Below, one piece after another: positions 40,843 through 54,874 of a stretch of 64,000 nt of DNA. The position numbers and the translations under genes are program-made. This DNA is from Eledone cirrhosa (lineage: Eukaryota): assembly GCA_964016885.1 (NCBI GenBank), contig OZ024742.1, forward strand, positions 174,902,001-174,966,000, read 5' to 3'. The notes under the pieces are model-generated. The model saw nothing but the letters and a program-made list of their open reading frames with translations, searched no databases and was not told where the DNA came from. How positions within the stretch are numbered: the first letter of the stretch is position 1; each line of letters starts with the position of its first letter.

Positions 40843-43800
40843 GTTCTTTGAGTCTCAGTCATTGATGTTAGTTAACTGGAAAGTTTGTTGAAATGAATAT
40901 CAAGCCACTACTTGCAGCCTCAGATATTCAGGACGTATCGGAGGGTTCTTGCTGTTCCCAGCAAGCATGCCTTTGAAGCGTTCCAAAAAGCGTGTCGGGG
41001 CCAATTTTTTTTAACCATCCCTGGAAACCTTTTGAGATAGTACCTAGTGCGTCTATGACAATCGGGACCACTTTGACTTCATGACAGTTCCAAATCCTTT
41101 TTACCTCCCACTTTAAGTCCTGGTATCAGTTAATTTTCTCCCTCTCTTTCTCTTGCACCCTCGTGTCGAATGGGCAGGCCACATCCACAATCAGGCACAA
41201 TCTTTTTTCCTTGTCCAAAACCACCAGGTCAGGTCTATGGTGTTCCAGTTTCTTGTCCGTGTGTATCCTAAAATCCCACAGCACCTTCACCTGATCGTTT
41301 TCTATCACCGACTCTTGCTTATGCTCATACCACTTCTCAGAATGTGGTAAATTGTTTACTTTGCATAGGTGCCAGTGGATCACCCTGCCCATCACATCGT
41401 GTCTCCAGCCCTTATAGTGAGTCTGGGCTATGTGTTTACACTCGGATACAATGTGAGCCACAGTCTTCTCTCTCTCTCCACAGATCCTGCACAGTGGGCT
41501 AGCCTCCTCCTTGTAAATATGGTGTTTCAACCACTTCGTTTTGAGGGCCTGCACTTGCGCAGCCATTAGCATTCCTTCTGTAGTCTTTTAAGGTCTCCTC
41601 TTTTCAACCTGTTCCATGTCTGTGGATCTCTGAATTCAGTTTTCTCAAAGAATGTACTATGAAGGGATTTTTCATGAAGGCTGCTCTTTCTCCTTGTTGT
41701 TATTTCCTCCTTGGACATCCCTTGGTCTATTGTTTTCTCCTTCAGTACAATTCTGAGCATTGGCTCCTTACTATCATTCACGTATTTGTGTAGGTTGTTT
41801 TTCTCCATCTGAACACAGTCTTCTATGCTGATAAGACCTCTTCCACCTTCAGATCTCCTTAAGTAGAGTCTATCGACATCACTCCTCTTCTGGAACATGT
41901 TGTAGATAGTCAATAGCTTCCTAGTCTTCCTATCCATTTTTTTTTGTTCAGCAACATTCCATCTCAGAATTCCCGCACTGTACCTAATAATAGACACAGC
42001 TCAGTAATTTACTGCATTTAATGCATTCCTACTGTTCAGATGTGACTTTAATATGCTCCTTACTCTCCGAATGTATTCAGATCTTATCAATTCCTTCATC
42101 TTTTTGTTCTTGATGTCATCAGCCTCCAGAACACCCAAATACTTGTATCCTTCTTCAGTGTCAATTTCCTTTATCATCTCACCTGTTGGTACCTGGATTG
42201 CATTGCTTCTGCTCAATTTACCCCTCTTCATCACAAGGACTCCACACTTACTAATACCAAATTACATACATATATCATTGCTGAAAATACGGACAGTGTC
42301 AACAAGCACATCCAACTCCTTCTCACTCTTCCCGAAGAGCTTAAGATCATCCATAAAGAGGAGGTGATTGATGGTAAGCTCTCCCTTTCCCAACTTGTAT
42401 CCTGCTCTCACTTTTCGCAGTATAATGATCAGGGGCATCAGGGAAAGGACAAACAACAGAGGGGGACAGACTATCTCCCTGGAAGATAACTCTCTTGATC
42501 TTCACGCCTCCCAAGGATTCTCCAGCTGAAGTTAACTCTGTTTTCCAGGACTTCATACTTTTGCCCAACAACTGTCTGATGTTATCTGCCACCTTGAAGA
42601 TTTCTAGGCTTTTAGTGATCCAAGAATGAGGCACCATGTCAAATGCCTTTTTGTAGTCTATCCATCCCATGGCAAGACCAGTGTGTCTCCTCTTGCAATT
42701 CCTCTTTACCATCTTATCAATAAGTAACTGGTCCTTTGTACCACGGGACTTCTTTCGGCATCCTTTCTGTTCGTCCGGTAACAAGTTGTTTGTGTGGAGG
42801 TGATGGTAGATTTCCTCAGACATAATCCTTGTCAACAGTTTCCACATTACGGACAGACATGTGATAGGTCTATAGTTGGTAACATCATTACCCTTGATTC
42901 GGTCTTTCATTACCAGAACTGTGGTACCTTTTGTCAAACATTCTGGTACCTCACCTGACATCAAGCAGTCATTGAACATGGTTGTCAGTTTCGAGTGGAG
43001 GGATGTTATAATTTTAATCCAATACCCCTGCACACCATCTGGGCCTGGTGATTTCCAGTTGGTTAGTTTTTTGGCCTGCCCCTTAAGAGTTTCAACTTTG
43101 ATGCTCAAATCAGTTTGTTGGTGTGCCTGTTCACTAATCTCCTTTTGTACTGTCTCAATCCACACTGCTTGGTCATTATGTTTAACATCCTGCGCCCATA
43201 TTCCTCTCCAGAATGTTTTAGTTTGTTCCGCCTCAGGGATCAAGTCGTTGCCTCTTTCTTTCCCTTCAAGCTGTCCAAACAGCATCATCTGGTTGTTGTC
43301 AAACATGCGGTTCTGTCTATACTGACTGACTCTGCTCTCATGCCGCCTAATCTTTGCACTCCTTGCTACAATGCGTTACTTCAGTTCCTCTATGATAATA
43401 TTTAGCTTTTTCCTCCTAGTTTTGTTCTTTATTTCCAGTCAATTTTTAGTGTCTATGTTTTTTAGTGTCCCATTCAGTAGTGACTCAAGCTTTCCAATAT
43501 CATTTCTCATTTCCCTGATTTGACCATTCAGTCGTTACTTCCACCAAGGTTCTGATCTTTCTTGTTTGTTGTTTCCTCTCGCTTTTATGCCAAGTAATTT
43601 CCTCACCACATTTGTTGTTGCTTTGAGGATATTGTTGCACTTGTGAAGGCTCCTCGCCTCAAGGTATGGGATGACTTTGTTTACCTTAGCTGTTGTTTCT
43701 TTTAACTTTTTCCTGTCTACAAATCTTAGGTTCATAGGTTTCCCACTATCATTGTTCAATTCATCTACCACTAAGTTTAGGATATCAACCAAATCTTGTC

Positions 43801-44337
43801 CTAGCCCGTCAGCATTCATCTCCTTAATGGCCATATATCTGTTCCAGGTATTACTTATTTCAGCATTCAGAACATTGTCTGCTTCGGATGGTTCCTCCGT
43901 TCTCTCAACCTCTTCACCTTCATTTCCCACTGGCTCGTTTGCCTGGCATACTCCACTCTCAATTTCCAACCTAATCTCTCTGCTCAGTTCCTCCAGTTCC
44001 AACTCGCTTATCCATCCATTAGTTCTTATTACTCGGGCCTGTCCGGCCAATTTTTGTTCATCTAATTTAAATAGACCAATCTTGTTCCAGATGTTAAGCA
44101 TCCGTATAGCCTTTTTCCTTGGGGTTACTCTTCAGGTAACACTGCATAACAGTTCTATTCAATTCTTTCGTCCAGTTGGTTCTGGTCCCTTTCGTTCTTC
44201 TTCTTCCTCCGACACCGGCAGTATTTGGTTAACAGCCAGGTCCCTGCTGCTGAGCCAGGTAGCACCTGCTGGGTGAGAGTCTGTCACATGACATTCCAGT
44301 CTCCACTTTACCGTTATTCGAACTGTTTAGGTCGAAC

Positions 44338-44340
<3 letters not shown>
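40843..44340 (-). mobile_element. R4/Dong-type non-LTR retrotransposon, near full length, disrupted
   Basis: N-terminal EQKLAGQARVIRTNGW (43535-44101). RT motifs NWKSPGPDG, YRPITCL, WIDYKKAFD, FQGDSLSP, HLLFMDDLKLF. CCHC motif CRICGEREKTVAHIVSEC. RLE motifs RHD, RPDLVV, VDVACP. Embedded in (TAA)n. Confidence 0.93.
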
Positions 44341-44386
<46 letters not shown>

Positions 44387-44473
44387 GTTATTATTGTTCT
44401 TTGAGTCTCAGTCATTGATGTTAGTTAACTGAAAAGTTTGTTGATTTATTATTATTATTATTATTATTATTAA

Positions 44474-44509
<36 letters not shown>

Positions 44510-44639
44510 CAAAACAGCCTTGAAAATCATTGAAGAAATAATAAATTATACTGACTGAAAATTGAGCTTGCTTGTATGTTGTCAATGCCAAGATAAACCC
44601 TGCTGACATAAAATCCTTGAGATAGCTACTACTAAAACT

Positions 44640-44815
44640 GAGAGATTATCTTATGCAAATAGATCTCAAATCCCAACTTGCCCTCTTACAAATTACTGCT
44701 CTGTTGGGCATTGCACATATACTCAGAAAAAACAGGCTGTTTTAAGGTTTTTGTTGAGTCACAACAGGCAGTAGATCCATTAATTTTCCTATTTACTATG
44801 AAAATCAACGAAAAT
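44640..44815 (+). mobile_element. R4/Dong-type 3' fragment
   Basis: Encodes LLQITALLGIAHILRK, followed by (AAT)n. Confidence 0.65.
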
Positions 44816-44841
44816 GATAATAACAATAATAATAATAATAC

Positions 44842-45228
44842 TTTCTTTATTAACCAAAAAGGTTGATACAAGGTATAAAATTAAGGACAGCACAGGACCG
44901 TAGAAATGGGCATTTCTGCATCTAAACATATATATATATAACAAAAACAAACGATGTAACAAAAAAATGAAACAAAGGAAAATTCCCCAATAGGGGAAGA
45001 CTTCCGAGGAGCACTCATGGAGAAAGCCCATTAAAAAAGCCATGGAGACCCTGACCACCAGGACAAGTGCCCTCTCCCCGTTTCCCACCTACATCTACAG
45101 GCGCATACTCAGAGTGCAGGCCCATTCATTCGGGCCATGCTCTCTTCTCTCACCCATCTTTCAACAAATTGCTGGGAAGGGAACATTCCCCTCTTCACAC
45201 TGATCTTTCCTATTCAAATGAAATTTGG
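44842..45228 (-). mobile_element. Tx1/L1-like 3' fragment related to 37560-38658
   Basis: The reverse complement aligns by eye to 38325-38450 (tttcacttgaaaagaaaaatcaag...gagcatgg...aatggg). Confidence 0.55.
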
Positions 45229-45244
45229 ATAATAATGATAATAA

Positions 45245-45908
45245 TGTTGTCTAGTTTAGGCAAATGACCAGCAATTTGTGGTGAGGAGGAAGCCGATTAT
45301 ATTGAGCCAGTATGCTACTGATACTTTATTTATTGACCTTTTTGGAATGAAAGACAAAGTTGACCTCAGCAAGATTTGAATGTAAAGGGTTGTAATTACA
45401 TACCTCAAAGCACTTGATCTGATCCTCTAATCATTCTGCTAACCCACTACTCTTCTACAATAATAACAATAATAATAATTGTTTCTACTTTAGGCAGAAG
45501 ACCAGCAATTTTTTTTTTGGGGGGGGGGCGATTAATCGACCCCCAGTGCAATACTGGTACATTATTTTATTGACCTCATAAGGATGCAAGGCAAAGATAA
45601 CCTCAGCAGGATTTGAACTCAGATCATAAAGGGCCGTAACTCTATGCTGCCAAGCATATTGTCCAATGCTCTACCGATGTAGCCAATAGTAATGATTTCT
45701 AATATAGGGACAAGGCCAGTAATTTGGGAGGAGGGGAAAGTCGATCAAATCGACCCCAGTACATTGCGGGTGCTTTATTTTATCGACCCCGCAAGGATGA
45801 AAGGCAAAGTTAACCTCAGTGGGATTTGAACTCAGATCATAAAAGGCCGTAACTCTAAGCTGCAAAGCATGGCGTCCGACTCTACCAATACTGCCAATCG
45901 ACCGCCCT
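45245..45908 (-). mobile_element. Three consecutive SINE family A copies
   Basis: Copies at about 45245-45450, 45478-45685 and 45695-45908, separated by (AAT)n. Confidence 0.8.
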
Positions 45909-45924
45909 TAATGCAGCCAATAAT

Positions 45925-46530
45925 AATGAGGCCTTCAGTGGTATGTTTCAAATCACCATGCCTAGGCCATGTCCTTAAATCTTTGATATCCTGAGTATTT
46001 CTCTCAAACTGACCATGCATTCTCATTTCTAGGAGATCCTTTCTATTCTCTTTGTTTAAACTCTTCCTTTCCAATTATTTCTACAGTATTTATACCCATA
46101 TCTTCTGCTGCATATTGCAACAACTCTTTGAAAGAAAAATTAAATATTGCTGACCGGATATTGTTGTGTTCAACAAGAAAGATAAACACTGTCAGATCAT
46201 TGACATGTCCATACAGATGACCTGAATATTGTGAGTAAGGAGATTGAAAAACATCACCAAGTACTCTGAATTGAAAGTGGAGCTGGCAAGACTATTTGGA
46301 ATGCAAGAGGGTAATGTCATTGGGACATTCGGGTCAAACCCATTGAATCTTCAAGACTTCTTAAAGCAACTGGGAATACTATACTGGTTGGTATCACACA
46401 AAAGGTGGCTTTACTAGGTATTGCACACATTTTGAGGAAAGTATTATCTGTTCTAGATCCTTGTTGCCAATTGACAAATGACTAAATACTATGACGCATT
46501 ACCCATATGCATGGCATGACAGTGATGATG
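45925..46530 (+). mobile_element. R4/Dong-type 3' copy with probable inverted 5' segment
   Basis: Minus segment 45925-46125 (MHGQFER...GDLKHTTEGLII) abuts a plus segment 46130-46530 (ELKVELARL...LLGIAHILRKVLSV). Confidence 0.6.
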
Positions 46531-46549
46531 ATAATAATAATAATATATA

Positions 46550-47600
46550 ATGAAGAACAAAGAAATTTAATAGAAATAGCTACAATACAGAAAATTGCAC
46601 TCAGTTTTCAAGGAAGCCAACAATTACAAAACAGAAACCAAACTGACAGATAAATGTGAGGAAGATGAAAACAAACAAGAAACAACAGCAGAAATTGTAA
46701 AAAAACTTAAAATCCAAAATAAGAACAAGCCTCCAGAATGCCATGTTAAAAAGATGGCAATAAAAGCCTTACATGGCAAATATTTGAAAAAAGTTGAATA
46801 CAGCAGGAGTAGACAACAAAACACATACAACTGGCTACAAAGCACTGGACTGAAAGCTGAGACTGAGAGATTTCTGGTTGCTAACAAGACCAAAGCCTCC
46901 CAACCATAAATCACCTGAAATGCATAATGAAAAAGAACATAGTGAGTAAATGCAGAATATATGGAAATTGGGAAGAAACCATTAACTACATTATCTCAAG
47001 CTGCCCTGTCTTAGCCAAAAAGGAATGCATCCACAGACACGATAGAGTAGGGACATACAGACATTGGAAATTAAGCCAACAGTGTGACATATCCACAGAC
47101 AAACCATGGTACAATCACACACACAAAAAAGATATCAGAGAATGGCAAGGCAATCATACTCTGGGATATGCCAATACATACAGACACTGAGATCAAAGGT
47201 AACCGACCAGACATTATAGTCAAAGACTACAAAGGAAAAGTTATCTTCTAATAGATGTATCAATCCCAACTGATAACAACATTTCTACCAAGGAAATGGA
47301 GAAACTATCCAAATATAAAGATCTAGAGATGGAAATAATCTGAATGTGTATGTTGAAGACAAAAACAATACCTATAATTATAGGTACTCTGGGAATGATA
47401 AAAAAGAATGCAGACAGATACATAGCCAAAATACCAGGTCTCACAAACATATACAAAAAATATCACTACTAAGCACTACACACATATTATGAAAAGTGCT
47501 CTCATTATAACAGAACAAAACACCACCATAAACCACACTGCATATACCCAATGTGCTCAGAGCTGTGCTCAGTAATGCACTTATAATGCACAAAATAATA
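46550..47600 (+). mobile_element. R4/Dong-type 3' copy, decayed
   Basis: ORFs 46595-46909 (LHGKY, WLQSTGLKAETE) and 46927-47190 (CRIY...ETINYIISSC, RHD), then RPDIIV and KYKDL. Confidence 0.85.
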
Positions 47601-48099
47601 ATCACAATGGTAATAGTAATTATTTTTCTGGAAGAAAAATAACCTACTTCCTGATTTAAAGCTTGATCACCATCAGGCTAATTAATGAACCTAAGAAGAT
47701 AAATACTAAAAAAAAAAAAATAGAATACCAGAAACTGAAATAACATATTTTAGAATGAATACAACAAAGACAAAACAATTCACAAAAATATATTAGTATG
47801 TAAACAATGATGGCAGAATTAATACATCTAAACTAAATAAAAACCATGACAAACCCAAACCCTAAAAGATATACACTATACTAAACAGCAAAAACTGATA
47901 TAACCCTTTAGCGTTTAAGATAACATAAATTAAAAAAGAAATGAAAAGGAATATGAAGAAGATATTGTCAGTCAGCTTTGTACTGTGTCATCTAAGTGAG
48001 ATTCAATTTCTTCACAACTTTATCCTAAGCTTTACTTGCCCTCCCTCTTCCACAGGTTCCATCCACATAAAACACTTGGCACTCTTTTTTTTAATAACT

Positions 48100-48510
48100 T
48101 TCACTCATCTCACTATTTTTATATAACTTGCTCTCAGCACATTTTATATAACTTTCACTCAGCACATTTTATATAACACTCATTTAGCACATTTTATATA
48201 ACATTCATTCAGCACATGTTATATAACATTGATTCAGCACATTTTATATAACATTCATTCAGCACATTTTATATAACTCTAGCTCAGCACATTTATTATA
48301 ACTCTCAATGCATTTTTACTATATAAATCTTGCTCACCACACTTTTATATATATCTCGCTCAATACTTTCTTATATAATTCTTGCTCAGTACTTTCTTAT
48401 ATAACTCTCACTCAGTACTCTCTTATACAACTCTTGCTCAGTACTCTCTTATATAACTCTCTCTCAGTACATTTTAATATAACTCTCACTTAGCACTCTT
48501 TTATACAATT
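48100..48510. repeat. ~21-22-bp minisatellite (ttatataactctcactcagcacatt-like)
   Basis: About 18 degenerate units. Confidence 0.85.
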
Positions 48511-49112
48511 CACAAAGAATATATTTGCTGTGTTCAATGTTGTTTATTTCAAATTTGTGTGTATCTTTTGTAGTTGTCTTTAATGTTGTTTTTGTTGATA
48601 TTATTGTGTTAGTTGTGTGAAGTTGGATTTATTGATTTTGATGCTCTGACTACAAAACCATATATATCCTAAGTGTGGAAATATTTATTGATGTAGTTAT
48701 ACCCACACACGTGTGTATGTTTGTGTGTGTAAGTGTGTGTCTGTGTGAAATGTTATATAAATAAAGATAACCTTTAAAACTTGTGTAGATCTATGGGCAT
48801 TTGTTGAGTAGGCAAGAGAAATGTGATGAAAACCATTGTATTTGTTGTTCATTTCTAAAATAACCTCCCACCATGCACCACCCCATGCAGCCCCTCCCGC
48901 CGCACACCTCATGAAAATATTAGCTTTGTTCTGGCCAATATACTACAGTGCCATCCTCTTATCTTTTAAAACATGATCAATGTTTTTTGGCAATCTCACT
49001 AAAACCTACTTCTCATACGAAACTGGGGCACACATAACACATTTCAATTGTTCTTCAGTATTCTTTTCTATTTTCTATTTGGATTTCTTTTCATTAACCC
49101 TTTACACATTAA

Positions 49113-49477
49113 CTCTTAATGTCCTGCACCGCATGAAACCACATTAGCAAAACATTCTTGAAAAGTACCAAATAACATCATAGCAGTATCATGTTAACGA
49201 TTCAAGTTTACTACAAATTTTCACAATCTCTTCAAAGCAACACTATAACTGCATCATTTTAAGAATTAAACTCATGACTTCACTTTTATAGATATACTAT
49301 AAACATTTCAATTAAAAAAGCACATGAAGCCACATAAGCAAGTTATTCTTGAAAAGTTCAAAATAGTATTATAACTGCATCACAGCAATGTTTTCTAGTA
49401 AAGATACTATATACCTGTTTTGGATTAACAAACTTGTTTTAGTCTTTTCCTTCAAAATCATTACAGGATGTTAAGAG
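49113..49477. mobile_element. TTAA-flanked MITE
   Basis: ttaa|ctcttaatgtcctgca ... tacaggatgttaagag|ttaa. A related left end occurs at about 13460-13520. Confidence 0.7.
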
Positions 49478-49891
49478 TTAATATAGTTTACTTCATAGGA
49501 AAGAAAGTATATTGAATAAAAAATATGTGTGTAACCAAACCATCACAGCAGGGAGTCAGTTAAAATTCTTAGGAAATGCTGAAAATAATTGCAACTACAT
49601 TTGATAATAGCTTAGAAAATTAGGTAAAATACCTTCATAGACAGAAACAGTGGCCAGCAGCTATTTCCTAAGAATGTGTGTGTGTGTGTGAGTTTGTCTG
49701 TGTGTGTGAGTGTATGATGAAGTCAATAGGAATGACTTCCAGACTTCCAAAAGTTTATAATTTTGTTTCAATAACCAAATGTTAGCATTAGGTTATACTA
49801 ATAAATACAACATTAATTCGCTATTTTAATATATAAAAAGCATTGCAAATATCTTACTGAAATGCTCAATATAAATATATTGTATCCTTAC

Positions 49892-50169
49892 CAAATGATT
49901 TTGACAGATAGCAATGATGCAAGTTTGTACTGTCAGCATTTTGATCTTGTCCAACAGTTGTGGCAAACAACTTTGGTTCTGTGATAAGGATCCTATTTGA
50001 GAATCATCAGGAAAGTATATAAAATATGGCATGTTTACATGTCTATAACACTTGCTATTTTTACATGTAACTCCTGGTAGAGCTTTACGGGTACCAGAGT
50101 AGTATACAGCATTTTAAACCTTGCAAAACCCATCTCCTCTCAAGGTCCAAACACAGCAGATTTGTTTTT
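49892..50169 (-). other. Candidate exon (strong acceptor before 50169, alternative acceptor before 49992, donor G|gtaagg at 49891)
   Basis: Long polypyrimidine tract tctctttttcatttcctgtttttcactctctaacattctctag on the minus strand and a canonical donor, in non-repetitive sequence. Confidence 0.35.
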
Positions 50170-51419
50170 CTAGAGAATGTTAGAGAGTGAAAAACAGGAA
50201 ATGAAAAAGAGATATAGAGGAAGACTCAACCCTAGTATTAAACTGGCACTCTTTGAAAGGATGAAATGCAAAGTTGACTTTGGTGGGATTTGAACTTAGA
50301 CTGCAGGAAGCCAGACGAAATAATGCAAAACATTCTAATTGATGTTCTAACGACTAAAAATTTGTTAGCTTACAGGTCTAACTCCTTAATGCATAAACTC
50401 ATGTACACATTTACAAAGTCTCAGTTACTTCTGCTCTATATATAGACATATATAAATTTTCATATACTTCTGCAGCTTAGCACATAACTTAATATAAATC
50501 CATATTAACTACAAATGTGTGCTAATTGGTACATCTATTTCAGGTTATTCCAGTAAATAATAGGGTATGTAAGCCTCTCAGTTAAGTATTCCCTTGTAGT
50601 TGTTTAGATGATATATATATATTTGTTTATGATAACAAGGCTTAAAAATTAATTGAAGATATCATTTTTTTCAATTTTCATGGAAATACCTGTCTATATA
50701 CTCAATGTATAAATTTGTATAAACCCTAGGAGGACCCTTCAATTGTGTCAAGGACATGACAAATTCCCAGTGTTGGTGATCTATATGATAAATGCACCCA
50801 ATACATGCTGTAAAGTTGTTGGTGTTAGGAATGCCATCCAGCCACAGAAAGCTTACCAAAGGATGTAAGATCATATGTAAACGAAATGCAGATTCTCCTT
50901 TTCTGGCAGGGTGGTTGGTAGCCTCACTTCGGTACTGATTTTGTTTATGTAAACCTGACCAGCCCTTGCTAACAGGGAAAGCTAATGTTAAATGATAATG
51001 ACGATTTGCAGTCTCTGTTACCATTGTGCTATATATACATACTCAGTAAACACAGTTGACAGACTGTTGACTAGATGAAAGTGCACTGTTGGTTTTAGTA
51101 ATTACTATTGCTGTTTGTCAGTCAATGGAATGAACTGCTCTTGAAATTATTATGCAAATAGCTAAGCATTCCTCAGGCATGTGTATCCTTAGTGTTATTA
51201 TGAAGGGGATTCAGTGGGACACAGTGTGTATGACAACACTGACCATTTGAATTACAGGTGCAGTCTATTTGTAAGGTTTCCAAATAGTTTACACTTACCC
51301 AGTGTCAATTGCAAAGCATGGTTTGACTCTACACTTCCCCAAGATGCTACATAGTAGGATTGAAATAGGAACCTATTTAATGAAAAGCAAACTCCTTAAT
51401 TATTCAACCATGCTATGTT

Positions 51420-51715
51420 CACTGACACACAATAAACACTGTTGACAGACAGTAGACATTGTTCGCAGACAGTAAACTAAGTTGACAGGCTGTAAATACT
51501 GTTGATTGGCAATAATCATTGTTGACAGAGAGTAGATGTAATTAACAGAGTAGACATGGTCAACAGGCAGTAGACATGGTTGACAGTCAGTAAACAAAGT
51601 TGACAGATAGTGAACATGATTGACAAACAGTAAACAAAGTTGACAGCCAGTGGACGCAGTTGACAAGCAGCAAACATGGTTGGCAGACAGTTGACAAATA
51701 ATAAACACAATCGAG
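51420..51715. repeat. ~20-bp minisatellite (gttgacagacagtagacat-like)
   Basis: About 14 degenerate units. Confidence 0.85.
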
Positions 51716-53731
51716 AGATGGTAAACATACATTTCTGTATGTTTACAACATTATGACATCTACCGTATATTATGTCTATTGTAAACGACATAACAGGTAA
51801 ACCGTACAAAAGAAAATTGAGCAAAACAGAAATAATATTAATATTCCCAAAGTTATATCCATACACTGGTAGAAAATTGAGTGGTTTTTATTTTATTTAA
51901 AGTTTTTTAGCAGGGTTTTTGTCTACTATGAAATTAACTTTTTCTCTTAAGTGGTTTAAAATAGTGTAAGGCAAGAGAAAAATTGTTGGAAAAAAAATTG
52001 AAACAGTTATTTTTATTATTAAATGAAACATATTCTGATATTTTCATGGTTTGGGAATGGTATTATTTTTTTCATTTTCTGAAATATATGTTGTTTATTT
52101 TTATAATTTCAATGGATATGATGATGATGATGATCCTCCTACAAATTATCAAAGTCAGATGGCATTTACAAGATACAACAGCATGTTGCATTGCACTGCT
52201 ACATAACACCCTGTTGAAAGTAATACAAAAGAATGAGGGTAATAATAATAATAATAGTTTTTGATTAAGGCATAAGGCCAACAATTTTTGGGGCAGGGGA
52301 AAATCGAATAAATTTACCCAAGTGCATTACTGGTACTTTATTTTATTGAACTTGTAAGGATGAAAGACAAAGCTAACCTTGGTGAGGTTTGAACTCAGAA
52401 CATAGAAAGTCATATCTAAATACCACAAAGCATTTTGCCCAACACTCTGCTGAAACTGCCAATCCACTGCCACAATAATTATAATAATAATCAGTTTACA
52501 TCCATTTTCATGCTGGCATAGATTACATGGGTTGTCACAGTTCATGACTAGACAGGCTGGAGAGCCACATATTATTCATATGATCCATATATTGGGATGG
52601 TTCCTATGGCACTTCCTAATGTCAAATACTTTACAGGGGATCTTGGGTGCATTTCACCATGGCCACAACAGTGCCACTTTACCATGTTCATTGGGTATAT
52701 TTTATCATGACACAAGCAGTACAACTTTACAGTGTGTAGAGTGCATTTTATCATGACACTAGCAGTACCAGTTTGGAACGTGCACTGGGTGCTTTTCATC
52801 AATGCATCAACCCTACTACTTTATAGTGTGTACTGAATTTTTTTATTGTGGCACCAGCCCTACCATTTTAATAATGATGATGATAATACTAGATAGTATG
52901 AAAATGAAATACATAGGAAAAACCCCACAAAGAACAGCAAGTGAGGTATATCATTACGTAAAATGATGATGATGATGTAGGTTCAGCAATATCATTAATA
53001 AAAACATGTAGTAATAATAATGCTTTCTTTATTAGTCACTAGGTCTTACGCATAAAATACATTAAATGTTATAAACATAGAGACTGGAATACATATGATG
53101 CTGGACAAAGTTGTATAAAAATTAAGATACTGATAGGGAAGTCACACAACACACAGAATAAATTGTGATTTCTAATTTAGGAACAAGGCCAACAATTTTG
53201 AGGTTAAAAGAAACCAGATTATATCAGCCCCAGTACTTCACTGGTATTTTGTCAACCCTGGAAAGATGAAAGGCAAAGGAGATTTCAGCAGAATCCAATC
53301 TCAGAATGTAAAGAGCTGTAAGAAAATTCTATGAAGCATTTGTCTGACTTGCTAATGATTCTTCTAGTTCACCAGCACTATAATGATTTCTCAACACTAT
53401 AATAATATATAAAATGTGCCCAGTACACTATGTAAAATGGCTGATGAACAAATGGAGAGAGTAGAGGGTAGAGAGGACTCATCAATCTTGTAGATTACAT
53501 GACAAATTCTCTAGTACTGGTGCCATAATAACATGTTCCCAGTACACTTCATATAGTGTGTGGTATTAGGCAGGCATGCAGCTGTAAAGTTTATGCCAAA
53601 CATATGGAACATATGAGACAAGACATGGTACCCAACAGTCTAAACTCAGACCATGATGACTCATCAAACTCTAGCCAGCAGGGAATATAGGGTGTAGAAT
53701 GATGATGCGGAGGAGAAAGTGGCAGATAAAT

Positions 53732-53917
53732 AATTGTTTCTACTTTTGGCCCAAGGCCAGAAATGATACCAGTGCATTACTGGTACTTTATTTTATTGAC
53801 CCTGTAAGGATGAAAGGCAAAGGTAACCTCAGCGGGATTTGAACCCAGAACGTAAAGAGTCATAACTCTATACAGCAAAGGATGGCGTCCGACCCTCTAC
53901 CGATACTGCCAATCCAC
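53732..53917 (-). mobile_element. SINE family A (older copies at about 52258-52470 and 53165-53375)
   Basis: Family consensus. Flanked by the direct repeat tggcagataaataat (about 53720 and 53922), a probable TSD. Confidence 0.8.
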
Positions 53918-53981
53918 AAACTGGCAGATAAATAATGACACCAAAAATGATGATGATGATATTAATGATAACAGAAATAGA

Positions 53982-54031
<50 letters not shown>

Positions 54032-54874
54032 TAATAATCACCATCATCATAAAAATTATAAACCATAGGCAGGAAGCTTTTATCAGTGAAATTGCAGATG
54101 AGGATGTTCAATAAATCTGGTTCCAAAGTAGTTCAAACATCGACAGGTAAATAGGAAAGGGAGGTAATTAAGCAGGCTTTGAAGAGGAAATTTGAATTAG
54201 ATTTAGTTTAATAAAATTTTTAAAAATCATCAGAATTTAATTTCTGATTTTCATTTTTATATCTATTTAATGATTTAATGTGTGTATATATCTATATATG
54301 TGGTGTGTTGGTGTGTTCCTGTACGATTATGTATGCATATATACATATTTGTAGACACCTATGTATTCTGCCATGTATATTGAGAAGTACAATATTCATA
54401 CAGATAAATATTGCTGAGCAGTTAGATTTCACACACACACAAACAAACACAGATGTAGCTATATTTCATTTAGGAATAAAGAAAATCTATAGACACAATA
54501 GCTATATAGATTTTACATTACAAATTGTTACATTCTACATTATCATCAGCATCAGCAGCAGCCACAATGGCAACAGTGATAACAGCAACATTAACAACAG
54601 CAGCAGTAAAAGCATCAACAACAGTAACAACAAACACAACAGCTACAACAACAACGTCAGTAAGATGAAGAAACAAAAATTAGTGCATTCACCAAATTCC
54701 AAAGTAAATGATTCGATGTTGAAAGAAGATATGTAATTAATGATGTCAAGATGCTTCATATATTATGTGTGGCCGTACTCACATACACATATACATGTAT
54801 TCATGTATATATATACACACACACACATATATATGTATATATATATATATATGTATACGCATATATATATATTT

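Noticed and set aside
42876-44276. Plus-strand ORFs of 149 and 201 aa
   Set aside because: Antisense shadows of the Dong-like ORF.
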